From Alphaproteobacteria bacterium (GTDB taxonomy: Bacteria > Pseudomonadota > Alphaproteobacteria > MPNO01 > UBA830): a DNA stretch of 64,000 nt. Location: positions 608,001 to 672,000 of the forward strand of contig OZ219791.1 of NCBI GenBank assembly GCA_964291215.2, read 5' to 3'. Below the pieces are notes generated by a model, which was not told the DNA's origin, made no database searches, and saw only the letters and a program-made list of their open reading frames with translations. This document shows, piece by piece, positions 8,905 through 19,731 of this stretch. The position numbers were made by a program, and so were the translations under genes. The number at the start of each line of letters is the position of its first letter. Within the stretch, counting starts at the first letter, position 1.

Positions 8905-10146
8905 TCAGCGGGCAAAGTCCACGGCTAGATTGTCTGCTTCCACGCGCTCGATGTCGGGCAGGCGGTTGCGCCTTTCCGCCATTTCGTCGGGGTCCCACCC
9001 GGCGGCGAGTTCGCGCAGCCGCGGATAGACCTCGTTGTTGAAGAGCGTCATGGAGCGCAAGGTCCGCTCGGCGGAAAGATGGCCGGCCTGGCCCATCATC
9101 AGGAGATGACCGAAGCCGCCCGAATACTCCCAGAAGGCCCTGATCTGCTCGAACACCTGGTCCGGGGTTCCCGCGAACACGTTGCCGCGGCGCATATGCT
9201 CCCCGAGCTCGGTGCTGTAGGCGGCGCCGGTGCCCGAGACGCGGGCGCCGCGCATGAGGCTGGCGCTGAGCTGCGGCGGATGATAGCCGGGCGGGTTTCT
9301 CCACTGTTCGGCGACCTTGTTGGCCTGCATGTACCACATCAGGTGGTTGGCGCCGTCCGTCGCTTCGCGCTCGTTGCCGCCGACATGGATCAGCGCGCAG
9401 TAGGCGAGGCGGTCAAGCGGCGCGTGGTTGCCGTGGAAGGCGCGGTAGTTTTCACGGTAGGCGTCGAAGATCGGCCGGACGCGGCCGTAACCGGCCAGGA
9501 ACACGGCGGCGACATGGCGGTGCCGCGCCACCGGTTTGGTGCTTCCGGCGCTTCCGGTCGTGATCCAGACCGGCGGGTGGGGCTGCTGCCACGGGCGCGG
9601 CCAGATGTTGACCTGGCGATGATGGTACCAGCGGCCCTCGAAGTTGAACGGGCCGTCATGGGTCGTCCACGCCTTGAGGATCAGGTCGTGGGCCTCCCAC
9701 AGGCGCTCGGTGCCCTTGTAGGGCAGGATGTTCGCCGCCGCCGCCTCGTAGGGCACGCTGCGGACGAAGCCGCATTCGAGGCGTCCCCTGGAGATGACGT
9801 CGACCATCGCCATTTCCTCGGCGACGCGAACCGGCTGGTTGCGGTTGGGGAGCGGGTTTCCGAGGATCAGCAGCCGCGCGCGCTCGGTCTGGCGGGCGAG
9901 GATGCCGAGCATGATGGGGGCGGCCGGGACCATGCAGGTCGCGGTCTGGTGGTGCTCGTTGAGCATGATCTCGAGTCCCAGCTCGTCCGCTGCGCACCAT
10001 AGGTCAAGATACTGGTGATAGAGGCGGCTGGCGTTTTCGGGATCGCAGAGCCGGTTTGGCAACTCGACGCGGATCGACTCGTAGCTGTCGGAGTCCGGAA
10101 GATCGGGATAGCAATCTTCCGTGAAGAACCAGGTCTTCAGGGCCAT
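8905..10146 (-). CDS. Luciferase-like (LLM class) flavin-dependent oxidoreductase, paralog 2
   Basis: NEHHQT, RVAEEMAMVDVISRGRL, PRPWQQPHPPVW, GTPDQV. Confidence 0.92.
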   Translation of the reverse strand: MALKTWFFTEDCYPDLPDSDSYESIRVELPNRLCDPENASRLYHQYLDLWCAADELGLEIMLNEHHQTATCMVPAAPIMLGILARQTERARLLILGNPLPNRNQPVRVAEEMAMVDVISRGRLECGFVRSVPYEAAAANILPYKGTERLWEAHDLILKAWTTHDGPFNFEGRWYHHRQVNIWPRPWQQPHPPVWITTGSAGSTKPVARHRHVAAVFLAGYGRVRPIFDAYRENYRAFHGNHAPLDRLAYCALIHVGGNEREATDGANHLMWYMQANKVAEQWRNPPGYHPPQLSASLMRGARVSGTGAAYSTELGEHMRRGNVFAGTPDQVFEQIRAFWEYSGGFGHLLMMGQAGHLSAERTLRSMTLFNNEVYPRLRELAAGWDPDEMAERRNRLPDIERVEADNLAVDFAR

Positions 10147-11241
10147 CGCGGCGGCGCTCCGAAACTGTGCCGACGGTCAGCGAACGAACTCGACTCCGAA
10201 ATTGCCAAGGTCGGCACCCTCCTTGTCGGCGATCGCCCGGCTGCGCTCGGCGACCTCCGCCGGGTCCGATGTCTCGGTGAGCTCGCGCAGCCGCGGGTAG
10301 ACCTCGTCAGCATAGAGCCGCATTGAATTTAGCGCGTCGTCGTCGGACAGGAAACCGGCCTGGCCCATGATCATCATGTGGCCGAAGCCGCCCGAATACT
10401 CCCAGAACGCCTTGATCTGTTCGTAGACCTGGTCCGGGGTTCCCGCGAATACGTTGCCGCGCGCCATCTGCTGGTCGAGGGTCGGATTGATCGGAACGCC
10501 GGAGCCGGTCACGCCGCGCATCACGGCCGCGGCGACGGCGGGCGGATGGTAGCCCGGCGGATTGCTCCATTCCGGCGGCACCTTGTTGGCTTCCATGTAC
10601 CACAGGAGCTGGCGGGCACCCTGTTCGGCCGTGCGCTCGTCCTCGCCGACATAGCACAAAGCGAGATAGGCCAGGCGGTCGAACGGCGCATGCGTGCCGT
10701 GGGTGGCAAGATAGGCGTTGCGGTAGCCGTCGAAGATGCTTCGGATCTTCGGATAGCCGGCGAGGAAGACGGCGCCGACATAGTCGTGTTCGGCGACCGG
10801 CACCGCTGTGCCGGCGCTCCCCATGGTGATCCAGACCGGCGGGTGGGGCTGCTGCCACGGGCGCGGCCAGATGTTGACCTGGCGATGATGGTACCAGCGG
10901 CCCTCGAAATTGAACGGGCCGTCATGGGTCGTCCACGCCTTGAGGATCAGGTCGTGGGCCTCCCACAGGCGCTCGGTGCCCTTGTAGGGCAGGATGTTCG
11001 CCGCCGCCGCCTCGTAGGGCACGCTGCGGACGAAGCCGCATTCGAGGCGTCCCCTGGAGATGACGTCGACCATCGCCATTTCCTCGGCGACGCGAACCGG
11101 CTGGTTGCGGTTGGGAAGCGGGTTTCCGAGGATCAGCAGCCGCGCGCGCTCGGTCTGGCGGGCGAGGATGCCGAGCATGATGGGGGCGGCCGGGACCATG
11201 CAGGTCGCGGTCTGGTGGTGCTCGTTGAGCATGATCTCGAG
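9560..11241. repeat. 416-bp near-identical direct repeat inside the two LLM genes (9560-9975 and 10826-11241)
   Basis: By-eye alignment found only two differences (AAGTTG/AAATTG and TTGGGGAGC/TTGGGAAGC). The flanking gene parts are clearly diverged. Confidence 0.93.
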
Positions 11242-11406
11242 GCCGATCTCGTCGCATGCGCACCACAGGTCGAGATAGCGGTTGTAGAGCTCGCTCGCCT
11301 TTTGCGGATCACAGTGGGCGTTGGGCAGATCGACGCGGATCGACCGGTAGCTGTCCTGGTCCGGCAGGTGGGGATAGCAGTCCTCGGTAAACCACCAGGT
11401 CTTCAT
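10177..11406 (-). CDS. Luciferase-like (LLM class) flavin-dependent oxidoreductase, paralog 1
   Basis: Same motifs as 8905-10146; tandem paralog. Confidence 0.92.
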   Translation of the reverse strand: MKTWWFTEDCYPHLPDQDSYRSIRVDLPNAHCDPQKASELYNRYLDLWCACDEIGLEIMLNEHHQTATCMVPAAPIMLGILARQTERARLLILGNPLPNRNQPVRVAEEMAMVDVISRGRLECGFVRSVPYEAAAANILPYKGTERLWEAHDLILKAWTTHDGPFNFEGRWYHHRQVNIWPRPWQQPHPPVWITMGSAGTAVPVAEHDYVGAVFLAGYPKIRSIFDGYRNAYLATHGTHAPFDRLAYLALCYVGEDERTAEQGARQLLWYMEANKVPPEWSNPPGYHPPAVAAAVMRGVTGSGVPINPTLDQQMARGNVFAGTPDQVYEQIKAFWEYSGGFGHMMIMGQAGFLSDDDALNSMRLYADEVYPRLRELTETSDPAEVAERSRAIADKEGADLGNFGVEFVR

Positions 11407-11421
11407 CGTTCGGTTCTCCCG

Positions 11422-12174
11422 TCAGCCGGCGAACGACAGCAGGTCGTCCACAAACCGGTCCGGCTGTTCCATGTAGGGGGCGTGGCCGGCTTCCTCAATG
11501 ACGGTCATCGTCGCGCCCGGGATCATCCTGCAGAAACCGCGGCCGTAATCCACCGACACCACGCCGTCGCTGGCGCCCCATATGAAGTGGGTGGGAATGG
11601 TGATCCGGTGAAGCCGTCCCCGCAGCTTGGGGTTGTGCATGTAGGGATCCCACGTATAGACGCCGAGGGCCATGCGGTTGGCGGCGACGGTCTCAAGCTG
11701 CGCTTCGGACATGTCTGCGAACCCGGGCATCTTCGACGGGGCGTGGAACATGAGCTCGGCCAGCCCTTCGCCTGGCACGGCGAACACGTCGGCAATGTCG
11801 CGGTCGTCGCGGCCGCCGACCTTGACGCCTACTGGGTCGACGAGGATCAGCCGCGACAGGCGCTCGGTCGTCATGGTCGCCAGTTCGGCAGCCACCCAAC
11901 CGCCCATCGAGCAACCGACAAGCAGCACATCCCTGAGGTCGAGTTCGTCGAGAAGGTCGAGATAAAGATAGACGAGATCGTCGACGCGATCGAAATGGTC
12001 GGGAATCCTGGTTCCCGCGAATCCCGGATGCACCGGCGCGATGATCTCGAATTTCTCGGCGAGGCGGGCGGCGAAGGGCATTCCGGCAACCGGTCCGCCG
12101 CCGCCATGCAGCATCAGCAACGGCGGGCCGGAACCCATCCGCGTCACGTCCAGGTCGATTCCCTGCAGCTTCAT
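11422..12174 (-). CDS. Alpha/beta hydrolase
   Basis: LMLHGGGG, HPGF, GCSMGGW, AGHAP. Start taken at MKLQG; an upstream ATG is possible. Confidence 0.88.
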   Translation of the reverse strand: MKLQGIDLDVTRMGSGPPLLMLHGGGGPVAGMPFAARLAEKFEIIAPVHPGFAGTRIPDHFDRVDDLVYLYLDLLDELDLRDVLLVGCSMGGWVAAELATMTTERLSRLILVDPVGVKVGGRDDRDIADVFAVPGEGLAELMFHAPSKMPGFADMSEAQLETVAANRMALGVYTWDPYMHNPKLRGRLHRITIPTHFIWGASDGVVSVDYGRGFCRMIPGATMTVIEEAGHAPYMEQPDRFVDDLLSFAG

Positions 12175-12324
12175 GCCGACATCCCGTACTGTTCGTATCT
12201 TTGTGGTCGGTGCCCGAAACGCTTCGAAAGCCGACATGCCTTGCAGCTGTATATCGCCCGCCGGATATCGAAGCAAGCTTTGCAACGGTGTTGCAGAGTC
12301 GTCGTCAAGCGGCTATACACGGCG

Positions 12325-12407
12325 CTCCCGGCTGCGGCGGCAATCGCCTTGCGCCGTCGGCGGGAGGAACGGCCCGGCTGAAGACCATGGGCATGCCGGG
12401 GCCGTTC
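12325..12407 (+). promoter_or_regulatory. Structured 5' leader of rpmI-rplT (two hairpins)
   Basis: CTCCCG...CGGGAG stem at 12325-12366, then GAACGGCCCGGC (12367) pairing with GCCGGGGCCGTTC (to 12407). Both lie upstream of the AAGGAG Shine-Dalgarno of rpmI. Confidence 0.45.
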
Positions 12408-12451
12408 GCGAGAGGTTCCGGAGAACGCTGGGTCCGGCAAAGGAGACGTAA

Positions 12452-12649
12452 ATGCCCAAGCTCAAGTCGAAAAGCGGCGCCAAGAAGCGCTTCGGCGTCA
12501 CTGCGCGCGGCAAGTTCAGGTCGAACTTCGCGAAGAAGCGGCACAACCTCCGCAAGCGCTCGCAGAAGATGAAGCGCAACGCGCGCGGCAAGCAGGTCAT
12601 CGCTGTGGCAGATGCCCGCGCCGTCAAGTCCTATCTTCCTTACGCCTGA
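12452..12649 (+). CDS. rpmI: 50S ribosomal protein L35
   Basis: [14 protein letters not shown], 65 aa, basic. Confidence 0.97.
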   Translation: MPKLKSKSGAKKRFGVTARGKFRSNFAKKRHNLRKRSQKMKRNARGKQVIAVADARAVKSYLPYA

Positions 12650-12663
12650 CGGAGGGACCAGCC

Positions 12664-13029
12664 ATGGCGCGGGTAAAGCGGGGCGTGACATCGCACGCCC
12701 GACACAAGAAGGTTCTCAGGAAGGCCAAGGGATATCGCGGCAGGAATTCGACCGCTTTCCGGGTCGCGATCGAGAAGGTCGAGAAGGCCGGTCAGTACGC
12801 CTATCGCGACCGGCGCAACCGCAAGCGCAGTTTCCGGGCGCTGTGGATCCAGAGGATCAACGCGGGCGTGCGCGAGCACGGGCTTACCTATTCCACTTTC
12901 ATGCACGGCATCAAGCGCGCCGGCATCGAACTCGACCGCAAGGTGCTGGCCGATCTGGCGGTGCGCGAGCCGGACGCGTTCGGGACCGTCGTCGAACAGG
13001 CGAAGGCGGCACTCGGCGACAGCGGCTGA
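12664..13029 (+). CDS. rplT: 50S ribosomal protein L20
   Basis: MARVKRGV...[19 protein letters not shown]...[10 protein letters not shown]. Confidence 0.98.
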   Translation: MARVKRGVTSHARHKKVLRKAKGYRGRNSTAFRVAIEKVEKAGQYAYRDRRNRKRSFRALWIQRINAGVREHGLTYSTFMHGIKRAGIELDRKVLADLAVREPDAFGTVVEQAKAALGDSG

Positions 13030-13104
13030 GCCGGAACCCGCCACAGCGCTCTTTCCGCCGGACAGCCCGCGGCCGTTCCACCGCCCGCCAGGCAGAACAG
13101 CATC

Positions 13105-14202
13105 ATGGAGAATACCGACCGGCTGAGAGACGAGCTGCTCGCGCGGATCGCGGTTGCCGATCTCGGAGAGCTTGAGGACATCCGCGTCCGTGCGCTCGGA
13201 CGTTCGGGCCGCATCACCGAGCTGATGAAAGGCATCGGCGCACTCCCTGCCGACCGCCGCCGGACTGCCGGCCAGGAGCTCAACCAGGTGAAGGACGCGG
13301 TCGCGGGCGCCATCGAACAGAGAAAGGCCGGTCTCGAGGTCGAGGCGCTCGACCGCCGCCTTGCTCAGGATCGCGTCGACGTCACGTTGCCGGTGCGCCC
13401 CGAGGCGATCGGCCCCGTCCACCCCGTCGCCCAGACAATAGACGAGATGGTCGCGATCTTTTGCGAGATGGGTTTCACGGTCGCCGACGGGCCCCATATC
13501 GAGACCGACTTCAACAATTTCACGGCGCTCAATATCCCGCCGGAACATCCCGCGCGCCAGGATCACGACACCTTCTACCTCGCGCCCGGCGCGGACGGCA
13601 CACGGCGCGTGCTGCGCACCCATACGTCGCCGGTGCAGATCCGCACCATGATGGCGCAAGAGCCGCCGATCCGGATCGTCGTGCCCGGGCGCACCTTCCG
13701 CGCCGATCACGACGCGACGCATTCGCCGATGTTTCACCAGATCGAGGGGCTTGCTATCGGCCGCGACATCCACATGGGGCACCTCAAGGGATGCCTGATC
13801 GAGTTCTGCCGCGCCTTCTTCGCCGTCGACGATCTGCCGGTCCGCTTCCGCCCCTCCTACTTTCCGTTCACCGAACCCTCGGCCGAGGTCGACATAGGGT
13901 GCACGCGTGAAGGCGGCGGCCTCGCTATCGGACGTTCCGAGGATTCGACCGCCGCCGACTGGCTCGAGATCCTCGGCTGCGGAATGGTCAATCCCCGCGT
14001 CCTCGAGAACTGCGGAATCGATCCCTCGGTCTGGCAGGGCTTCGCCTTCGGGCTCGGGATCGAGCGGGCGGCAATGCTCAAGTACGGGATTCCCGACCTC
14101 CGCACCTTCTACGAGTCCGACATCCGTTGGCTCCGGCATTACGGCTTCACCGCACTGGAGAGCCCGAGTGTCGCGGCCGGATTCGCCGGGGGTGGGGCGT
14201 GA
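13105..14202 (+). CDS. pheS: Phenylalanine-tRNA ligase alpha subunit
   Basis: HPARQDHDTF, LRTHTSPVQ, HSPMFHQIEG, FRPSYFPFTEPS, GFAFGLGIER. Confidence 0.98.
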   Translation: MENTDRLRDELLARIAVADLGELEDIRVRALGRSGRITELMKGIGALPADRRRTAGQELNQVKDAVAGAIEQRKAGLEVEALDRRLAQDRVDVTLPVRPEAIGPVHPVAQTIDEMVAIFCEMGFTVADGPHIETDFNNFTALNIPPEHPARQDHDTFYLAPGADGTRRVLRTHTSPVQIRTMMAQEPPIRIVVPGRTFRADHDATHSPMFHQIEGLAIGRDIHMGHLKGCLIEFCRAFFAVDDLPVRFRPSYFPFTEPSAEVDIGCTREGGGLAIGRSEDSTAADWLEILGCGMVNPRVLENCGIDPSVWQGFAFGLGIERAAMLKYGIPDLRTFYESDIRWLRHYGFTALESPSVAAGFAGGGA

Positions 14203-16610
14203 AGTTCACCTTCGGCTGGCTCCGCGACCATCTCGACACCGACCGGTCGCTCGATGACATCGTCGACGCGCTCTCGATGATCGGGCTCGAGGTCGAGGGC
14301 GTGGAAGATCGCGCGAACGATCTCGGGGATTTCATGGTCGCCGAGGTGGTTTCGGCCCAGCAGCATCCCGACGCCGACCGCCTCCAGGTGTGCATGGTCG
14401 ATTACGGCGGCAGCGATCCGGTCCAGGTCGTTTGCGGTGCACCCAACGCGCGCGTCGGCATGAAGGGCGTGTTCGCGGCCGCGGGATCCTACATTCCTGG
14501 CCCCGGCATGACCCTGAAGAAATCGCGGATTCGCGGCCAGGAATCGAACGGCATGCTCTTGTCCGAGCGCGAGATGGGCCTGTCGGACGAACATGAGGGA
14601 ATTGTCGAGCTTCCCGCGGATGCCGTCGTCGGCACGGTGGCAGCGGACGCCATGGCGCTGTCCGATCCGACGATCGAGATCGGGCTGACGCCGAACCGTC
14701 CCGACTGCGCGGGCGTACGCGGCATAGCCCGGGACCTCGCTGCCGCGGGTCTCGGGCAGCTCAGGCCGCTCTCTGCGCCGGAAGCCGCCGGCGACTTTGC
14801 GCCCCCGGTCAGGTGGCGGCGGGATCTCCCGGCGAACACCGGTGACGCCTGTCCGCTGGTTGTCGGGCGTTACTTCCGCGATGTCTCGAACCGGCCCAGT
14901 CCGCAATGGCTGCAGCAACGGCTGCGCGCCGTGGGGCTGCGCCCCATATCGGCGCTCGTCGACATCACGAACTATGTCTCGCTCGACCTCGCCCGGCCGC
15001 TGCATGTCTTCGACGCCGACAGGCTGTCCGGCGATCTGGTGATGCGCCTGGCGCGCGATGGCGAAAGACTCGAAGCGCTCGACGGCGACGCCTATGCGCT
15101 CGATGACAGCATGACGGTGATCGCCGACGATAAAGGCGTGGCGGCGCTCGGCGGCATCATGGGCGGCGCTCCGTCCGGGGTCGCGGACGGGACGCGGAAC
15201 GTGTTTCTCGAGGTTGCCCTGTTCGACCCCGTGCGCACCGCCCGCACCGGGCGGGCGCTCGATATCCTGTCCGATGCCCGCTACCGTTTCGAACGCGGGG
15301 TCGACCCGGAGTCGGCGTACTGGGGCGTCCACGTCGCGACACGCCTGATCCTGGAACATTGCGGCGGCACGGTGTCCCACCTGACCGAGGCCGGCAAGAT
15401 GCCGCAATGGCAGCGCGAGGTGCGGCTGCGCAAGGCCCGGGTGCAGAGTCTCGGCGGGCTCGACGTTCCGGGCGAGGAGCAGGTCGCGATCCTCTCGACG
15501 CTCGGCTTCTCGCCAGTTGATGACGGCGAGGTCATCTGCGCGCAGCCGCCATCGTGGCGGCCGGATATCGACGGCGAGGCGGACCTCGTCGAGGAAGTGC
15601 TGCGTATCCGCGGCTACGACAACATTCCGGCCGCGCCCTTCGCTGCGCCGCAGACCGTGCCGCAGCCGGCATGGCCGGCTGCGCGGCGCCGGGAATCCAT
15701 GGTGCGGCGCACCCTGGCAGCGCGCGGCATGGCCGAGGCGGTCACTTTCTCTTTCATGAAGCGCGAGGTCGCGGAGCTTTTCGGGTTCGCCGACGAAACC
15801 TTGCGAATCGACAACCCGATCTCGGCCGATCTCGATGTCATGCGCCCGTCGATCCTGCCCAACCTGCTGGCGGCCGCCGCGCGCAATGCCAACCACGGGT
15901 ACCGGGACCTGGCGCTCTTCGAGGTCGGCCCGGAATATGTCGATGACAGTGAAACCGGCCAGGCGGCGGTGGCCGCCGGAATTCGCACCGGGTTGCAGGC
16001 GCCGCGCCACTGGTCCGAACCGGCGAGGGAGGCCGACCTGTGGGACGCCAAGGCGGACGCGCTGGCGGCGCTTGGCGCCGCGGGCGCCCCGGTCGGCAAC
16101 CTGCAGACCAGGCGCGACGCGCCGGGCTGGTTCCATCCCGGGCGCTCCGGCGTCCTGTGCCTCGGCCGCGATGTGCTCGCCGTGTTCGGCGACCTGCATC
16201 CGCGGGCGCTGGATGCGCTCGACCTGGAAGGCGCGGCGGTCGGCTTCGCGGTCTATCTCGACAGGGTTCCGGGGGCCAGGGGGCGCAAGAAGGCGACGAC
16301 CGCCCGCCCCCGCCCGACGCTGTCCGCGTTCCAGCCTATCCGCCGCGATTTCGCGTTCGTCGTCGAGGCGTCGATCGCGGCCGACGACATCGTGCGCGCG
16401 GCCACCGGCGCCGACCGGGCCATGATTGCCGATGTCGGCGTGTTCGATGTGTACGAGCACGAGCGGCTCGGCGACGGCCTGAAGTCGGTCGCCATCGCGG
16501 TCACGCTTCAGCCGGTGGAAAAGACGCCTACCGATGCCGAGATCGAGGCCGTGGCGGGACGGATCGCCGACGCCGTTGCGAAGCGGACGGGCGGCGTTCT
16601 CAGAACCTGA
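14199..16610 (+). CDS. pheT: Phenylalanine-tRNA ligase beta subunit
   Basis: GTG start overlapping the pheS stop; HPDADRL, VVCGAPN, TPNRPDC, RFERGVD, FHPGRS, RDFAFVV. Confidence 0.97.
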   Translation: MKFTFGWLRDHLDTDRSLDDIVDALSMIGLEVEGVEDRANDLGDFMVAEVVSAQQHPDADRLQVCMVDYGGSDPVQVVCGAPNARVGMKGVFAAAGSYIPGPGMTLKKSRIRGQESNGMLLSEREMGLSDEHEGIVELPADAVVGTVAADAMALSDPTIEIGLTPNRPDCAGVRGIARDLAAAGLGQLRPLSAPEAAGDFAPPVRWRRDLPANTGDACPLVVGRYFRDVSNRPSPQWLQQRLRAVGLRPISALVDITNYVSLDLARPLHVFDADRLSGDLVMRLARDGERLEALDGDAYALDDSMTVIADDKGVAALGGIMGGAPSGVADGTRNVFLEVALFDPVRTARTGRALDILSDARYRFERGVDPESAYWGVHVATRLILEHCGGTVSHLTEAGKMPQWQREVRLRKARVQSLGGLDVPGEEQVAILSTLGFSPVDDGEVICAQPPSWRPDIDGEADLVEEVLRIRGYDNIPAAPFAAPQTVPQPAWPAARRRESMVRRTLAARGMAEAVTFSFMKREVAELFGFADETLRIDNPISADLDVMRPSILPNLLAAAARNANHGYRDLALFEVGPEYVDDSETGQAAVAAGIRTGLQAPRHWSEPAREADLWDAKADALAALGAAGAPVGNLQTRRDAPGWFHPGRSGVLCLGRDVLAVFGDLHPRALDALDLEGAAVGFAVYLDRVPGARGRKKATTARPRPTLSAFQPIRRDFAFVVEASIAADDIVRAATGADRAMIADVGVFDVYEHERLGDGLKSVAIAVTLQPVEKTPTDAEIEAVAGRIADAVAKRTGGVLRT

Positions 16611-16641
16611 CATCCGGGGCAGGTCCTGCGGGACGGGAGTC

Positions 16642-18444
16642 ATGACCGATACCAGACATATCCGCAATTTCGCGATCATCGCGCATATCGACCATGGGAA
16701 GTCGACGCTGGCCGACCGCCTGATCCAGGAGTGCGGGAATGTCGACAGCCGCGAACTTCGCGAACAGATGCTGGATTCGATGGACCTCGAACGCGAGCGC
16801 GGCATCACCATCAAGGCCCAGACCGTGCGCCTCACCCATGCGGCGGCTGACGGCAGGACCTATCAGCTCAACCTCATGGACACGCCGGGACACGTGGATT
16901 TCACCTACGAGGTCTCGCGCTCGCTGGCGGCCTGCGAGGGGTCGGTCCTGATCGTGGATGCCAGCCAGGGGGTCGAGGCCCAGACGCTGGCCAACGCCTA
17001 CCTGGCGCTCGACGCCGAGCACGAGATCATTCCCGTGCTCAACAAGATCGACCTGCCGTCGGCCGAACCCGACCGCATATGCCAGCAGGTCGAGGATGTG
17101 GTTGGCCTCGACCGGGCAGATGTCCTCGCCGTGTCAGCCAAGACAGGCGACGGCATTGCCGAACTTCTCGAAGCGCTCGTGGAACGGCTGCCGCCACCGT
17201 CGGGCGACGCCGACGGGCCGCTCAAGGCCTATCTGGTGGATTCCTGGTACGACGCCTATGTCGGCGTGATCGTGTTGGTGCGGATGCGCGACGGCGTCAT
17301 CCGCAAGGGCATGCGGATCCGCATGATGGGCACTGGCGCCGCTCACCAGATCGACATGGTCGGCGTGTTCACACCGAAGCGGGAACCCGTGGAAGCGCTG
17401 GGGCCGGGCGAGGTCGGGTTCATCACCGCCTCGATCAAGACCGTTGCCGACGCCCGGGTCGGCGATACGATCACCGACGACCGCGTCCCGGCCGCGGAGC
17501 CGCTTCCCGGTTTCCGGCCGAGCGTCCCGGTGGTGTTCTGCGGGCTCTTCCCGCTGGATGCGGCGGACTACGAAGATCTGCGCGAGGGCCTGGCCAAGCT
17601 GCGCCTCAACGACGCGTCGTTCCATTTCGAGCTTGAGGGCTCGGCGGCGCTCGGACAGGGTTTCCGGTGCGGGTTTCTCGGCCTGCTGCATCTCGAGATC
17701 GTTCAGGAACGGCTGACCCGCGAGTTCGCCATCGACCTTGTGACGACGGCGCCGTCGGTAATCTACCGCGTGCACCTGACTGACGGCGCGTTCGAGGAAC
17801 TGCACAATCCCGCGGACATGCCCGACCCCGTGCGCATAGCCGGGGTCGAAGAGCCGTGGCTCCGTGCGACGATCATTGCGCCGGACGAACATCTCGGCGC
17901 GATCCTGAAGCTTTGCGAGGAGCGCCGCGGCGTCCAGCAGGAGCTGACCTATGTCGGCGGACGGGCGATGGTCGTCTACAAGCTGCCGCTGAACGAAGTC
18001 GTGTTCGACTTCTACGACCGGCTCAAATCGGTCAGCCGCGGTTACGCCAGCTTCGACTACCAGGTTACGGGCTACGAGAAGGGCGACCTCGTGAAGCTGT
18101 CGATTCTCGTCAACGGGGAGCCGGTCGACGCACTGTCGATGATCGTCCACCGCAGCCAGGCCGAACATCGCGGCCGCGCCGTCTGCGTCCGCCTCAAGGA
18201 ACTGATCCCGCGCCAGCTCTTCAGGATCCCGCTCCAGGCCGCGATCGGCGGCAAGGTAGTTGCCCGCGAGACGATCTCCGCCATGCGCAAGGACGTGACG
18301 TCCAAGTGCTACGGCGGCGACGTAAGCCGCAAGCGCAAGCTTCTCGAGCGCCAGAAGGAAGGCAAGAAGCGGATGCGCCAGTTCGGAACTGTCGAGATCC
18401 CGCAGTCCGCCTTCATCCAGGCACTGCGCATCAGCGACCAGTAG
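16642..18444 (+). CDS. lepA: Translation elongation factor 4
   Basis: [56 protein letters not shown]. Confidence 0.98.
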   Translation: MTDTRHIRNFAIIAHIDHGKSTLADRLIQECGNVDSRELREQMLDSMDLERERGITIKAQTVRLTHAAADGRTYQLNLMDTPGHVDFTYEVSRSLAACEGSVLIVDASQGVEAQTLANAYLALDAEHEIIPVLNKIDLPSAEPDRICQQVEDVVGLDRADVLAVSAKTGDGIAELLEALVERLPPPSGDADGPLKAYLVDSWYDAYVGVIVLVRMRDGVIRKGMRIRMMGTGAAHQIDMVGVFTPKREPVEALGPGEVGFITASIKTVADARVGDTITDDRVPAAEPLPGFRPSVPVVFCGLFPLDAADYEDLREGLAKLRLNDASFHFELEGSAALGQGFRCGFLGLLHLEIVQERLTREFAIDLVTTAPSVIYRVHLTDGAFEELHNPADMPDPVRIAGVEEPWLRATIIAPDEHLGAILKLCEERRGVQQELTYVGGRAMVVYKLPLNEVVFDFYDRLKSVSRGYASFDYQVTGYEKGDLVKLSILVNGEPVDALSMIVHRSQAEHRGRAVCVRLKELIPRQLFRIPLQAAIGGKVVARETISAMRKDVTSKCYGGDVSRKRKLLERQKEGKKRMRQFGTVEIPQSAFIQALRISDQ

Positions 18445-18452
18445 GGGCGGCC

Positions 18453-19571
18453 CTACCCCCAGACATCCTCGGCGACCTCGACAAGCCGCTCGAGCTTGGC
18501 GATCTCGTCGTCGATGGTCAGTTCGTTGCCCTCGACGGTTGACGAGAATCCGCACTGGGCGCTGACGGCCAGTTGCTCGAGCGGCGCGTGGCGGACGGCC
18601 TCGTCGATGCGTCGCTTGAGGCTGTCGGCGGATTCGAGTTCGGGATGTTTCGAGGTCATGATCCCGAGAACCACGGTCTTGCCGGGCGGCAGGAATCTCA
18701 GCGGCGCGAAGTCGCCAGATCTTTCGTCGTCATACTCCATGAAAAATCCGTCAACTTCGAGTTCGTTGAATAGGATGTCGGCGACCGGTTCGTAGCCGCC
18801 GCTTGCGACCCAGGCGCTCTTGAAATTGCCCCGGCACATGTGGACGGTAACTGCCATGTCGTCGGGCCGGCCGGTGATCGATGCGTTCAGGAGGCGGCAG
18901 TAGGTCCGCGGCAGCTCGTCCGGGTCCTCGCCCCTGGCGCGGGTCGCTTCCCGGATCGACTCGTCGCACAGATAGGCGAAGTTGGTGTCGTCGAGTTGCA
19001 GGTAGCGAAGACCGAGCTCGGCCAGCGCCATCATTTCCTCGTTGTAGACCTTCGCCAGATCGTCGTAGAAGGAGTCCAGATCCGGATAGGCGTTCCTGTT
19101 GATGGCCTCGCGCCCGCCGCGGAAATGCAGCATCGAGGGCGACGGAATGCAGACCTTGGGCGTGCGGCTGACCATGGATTTCAGGTAGTTGAAGTCTGTG
19201 GCCTGGATGTCGCGCACATGCCCGAGGCGCCCGGTCACGCCGATGGTTGGCGGACGGAACCCGACTTCGGTACCGTCGTCCTTGCGGAAATGGGCGACGA
19301 AGTTCCCTTCCCTGACTTCGACGCCGCTGATCTGCTCGAGAAAATCGAGGTGCCAGAACGTCCGCCGGAACTCGCCGTCCGTTATGCCCTGAAGACCGAC
19401 ATCTTCCTGCAGCTTGACGACATCGCGGATGCAGTTGTCCTCAACCGTGTGGAGCTGGCCGTCATCGATTTCGCCTCTGGCGTGCGCGTCGCGCGCATCC
19501 AGGAGTTCTGTCGGCCGCAGCAGGCTGCCGACATGGTCGGCGCGGAAAGGGGGAGCCTGGCCAAGTGTCAT
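18453..19571 (-). CDS. Cobalamin-independent methionine synthase II family (catalytic half only)
   Basis: RADHVGSLLRP, TDGEFRR, Zn ligands HMCRGN, EYD and QCGFSS. Confidence 0.9.
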   Translation of the reverse strand: MTLGQAPPFRADHVGSLLRPTELLDARDAHARGEIDDGQLHTVEDNCIRDVVKLQEDVGLQGITDGEFRRTFWHLDFLEQISGVEVREGNFVAHFRKDDGTEVGFRPPTIGVTGRLGHVRDIQATDFNYLKSMVSRTPKVCIPSPSMLHFRGGREAINRNAYPDLDSFYDDLAKVYNEEMMALAELGLRYLQLDDTNFAYLCDESIREATRARGEDPDELPRTYCRLLNASITGRPDDMAVTVHMCRGNFKSAWVASGGYEPVADILFNELEVDGFFMEYDDERSGDFAPLRFLPPGKTVVLGIMTSKHPELESADSLKRRIDEAVRHAPLEQLAVSAQCGFSSTVEGNELTIDDEIAKLERLVEVAEDVWG

Positions 19572-19731
19572 GTTCCGGTCTCCGGGTTGGCGGTCTTTGA
19601 CCGCAAGAGTATAGGGCCGGAATGATTGAGCGCAAAGCCGAATGCGGCAAATTTCCGGGATGCCCGGCGCTCCGGCGTCTCTGTCGCGCATCGATCTTGG
19701 CTGGTGTGCCCGGACAACGACGCCGCAATGA

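Noticed and set aside
9560-11241. Diversity-generating retroelement template/variable repeat pair
   Set aside because: Both copies are mid-gene coding sequence, there are only two synonymous differences, and no reverse transcriptase is in the window.
14139-16835. Long antisense ORFs (also 3032-4711, 10378-12381, 25933-27582, 27540-29156, 42973-45039, 59561-61075)
   Set aside because: Shadow frames of well-supported genes in high-GC DNA, with no recognisable motifs.
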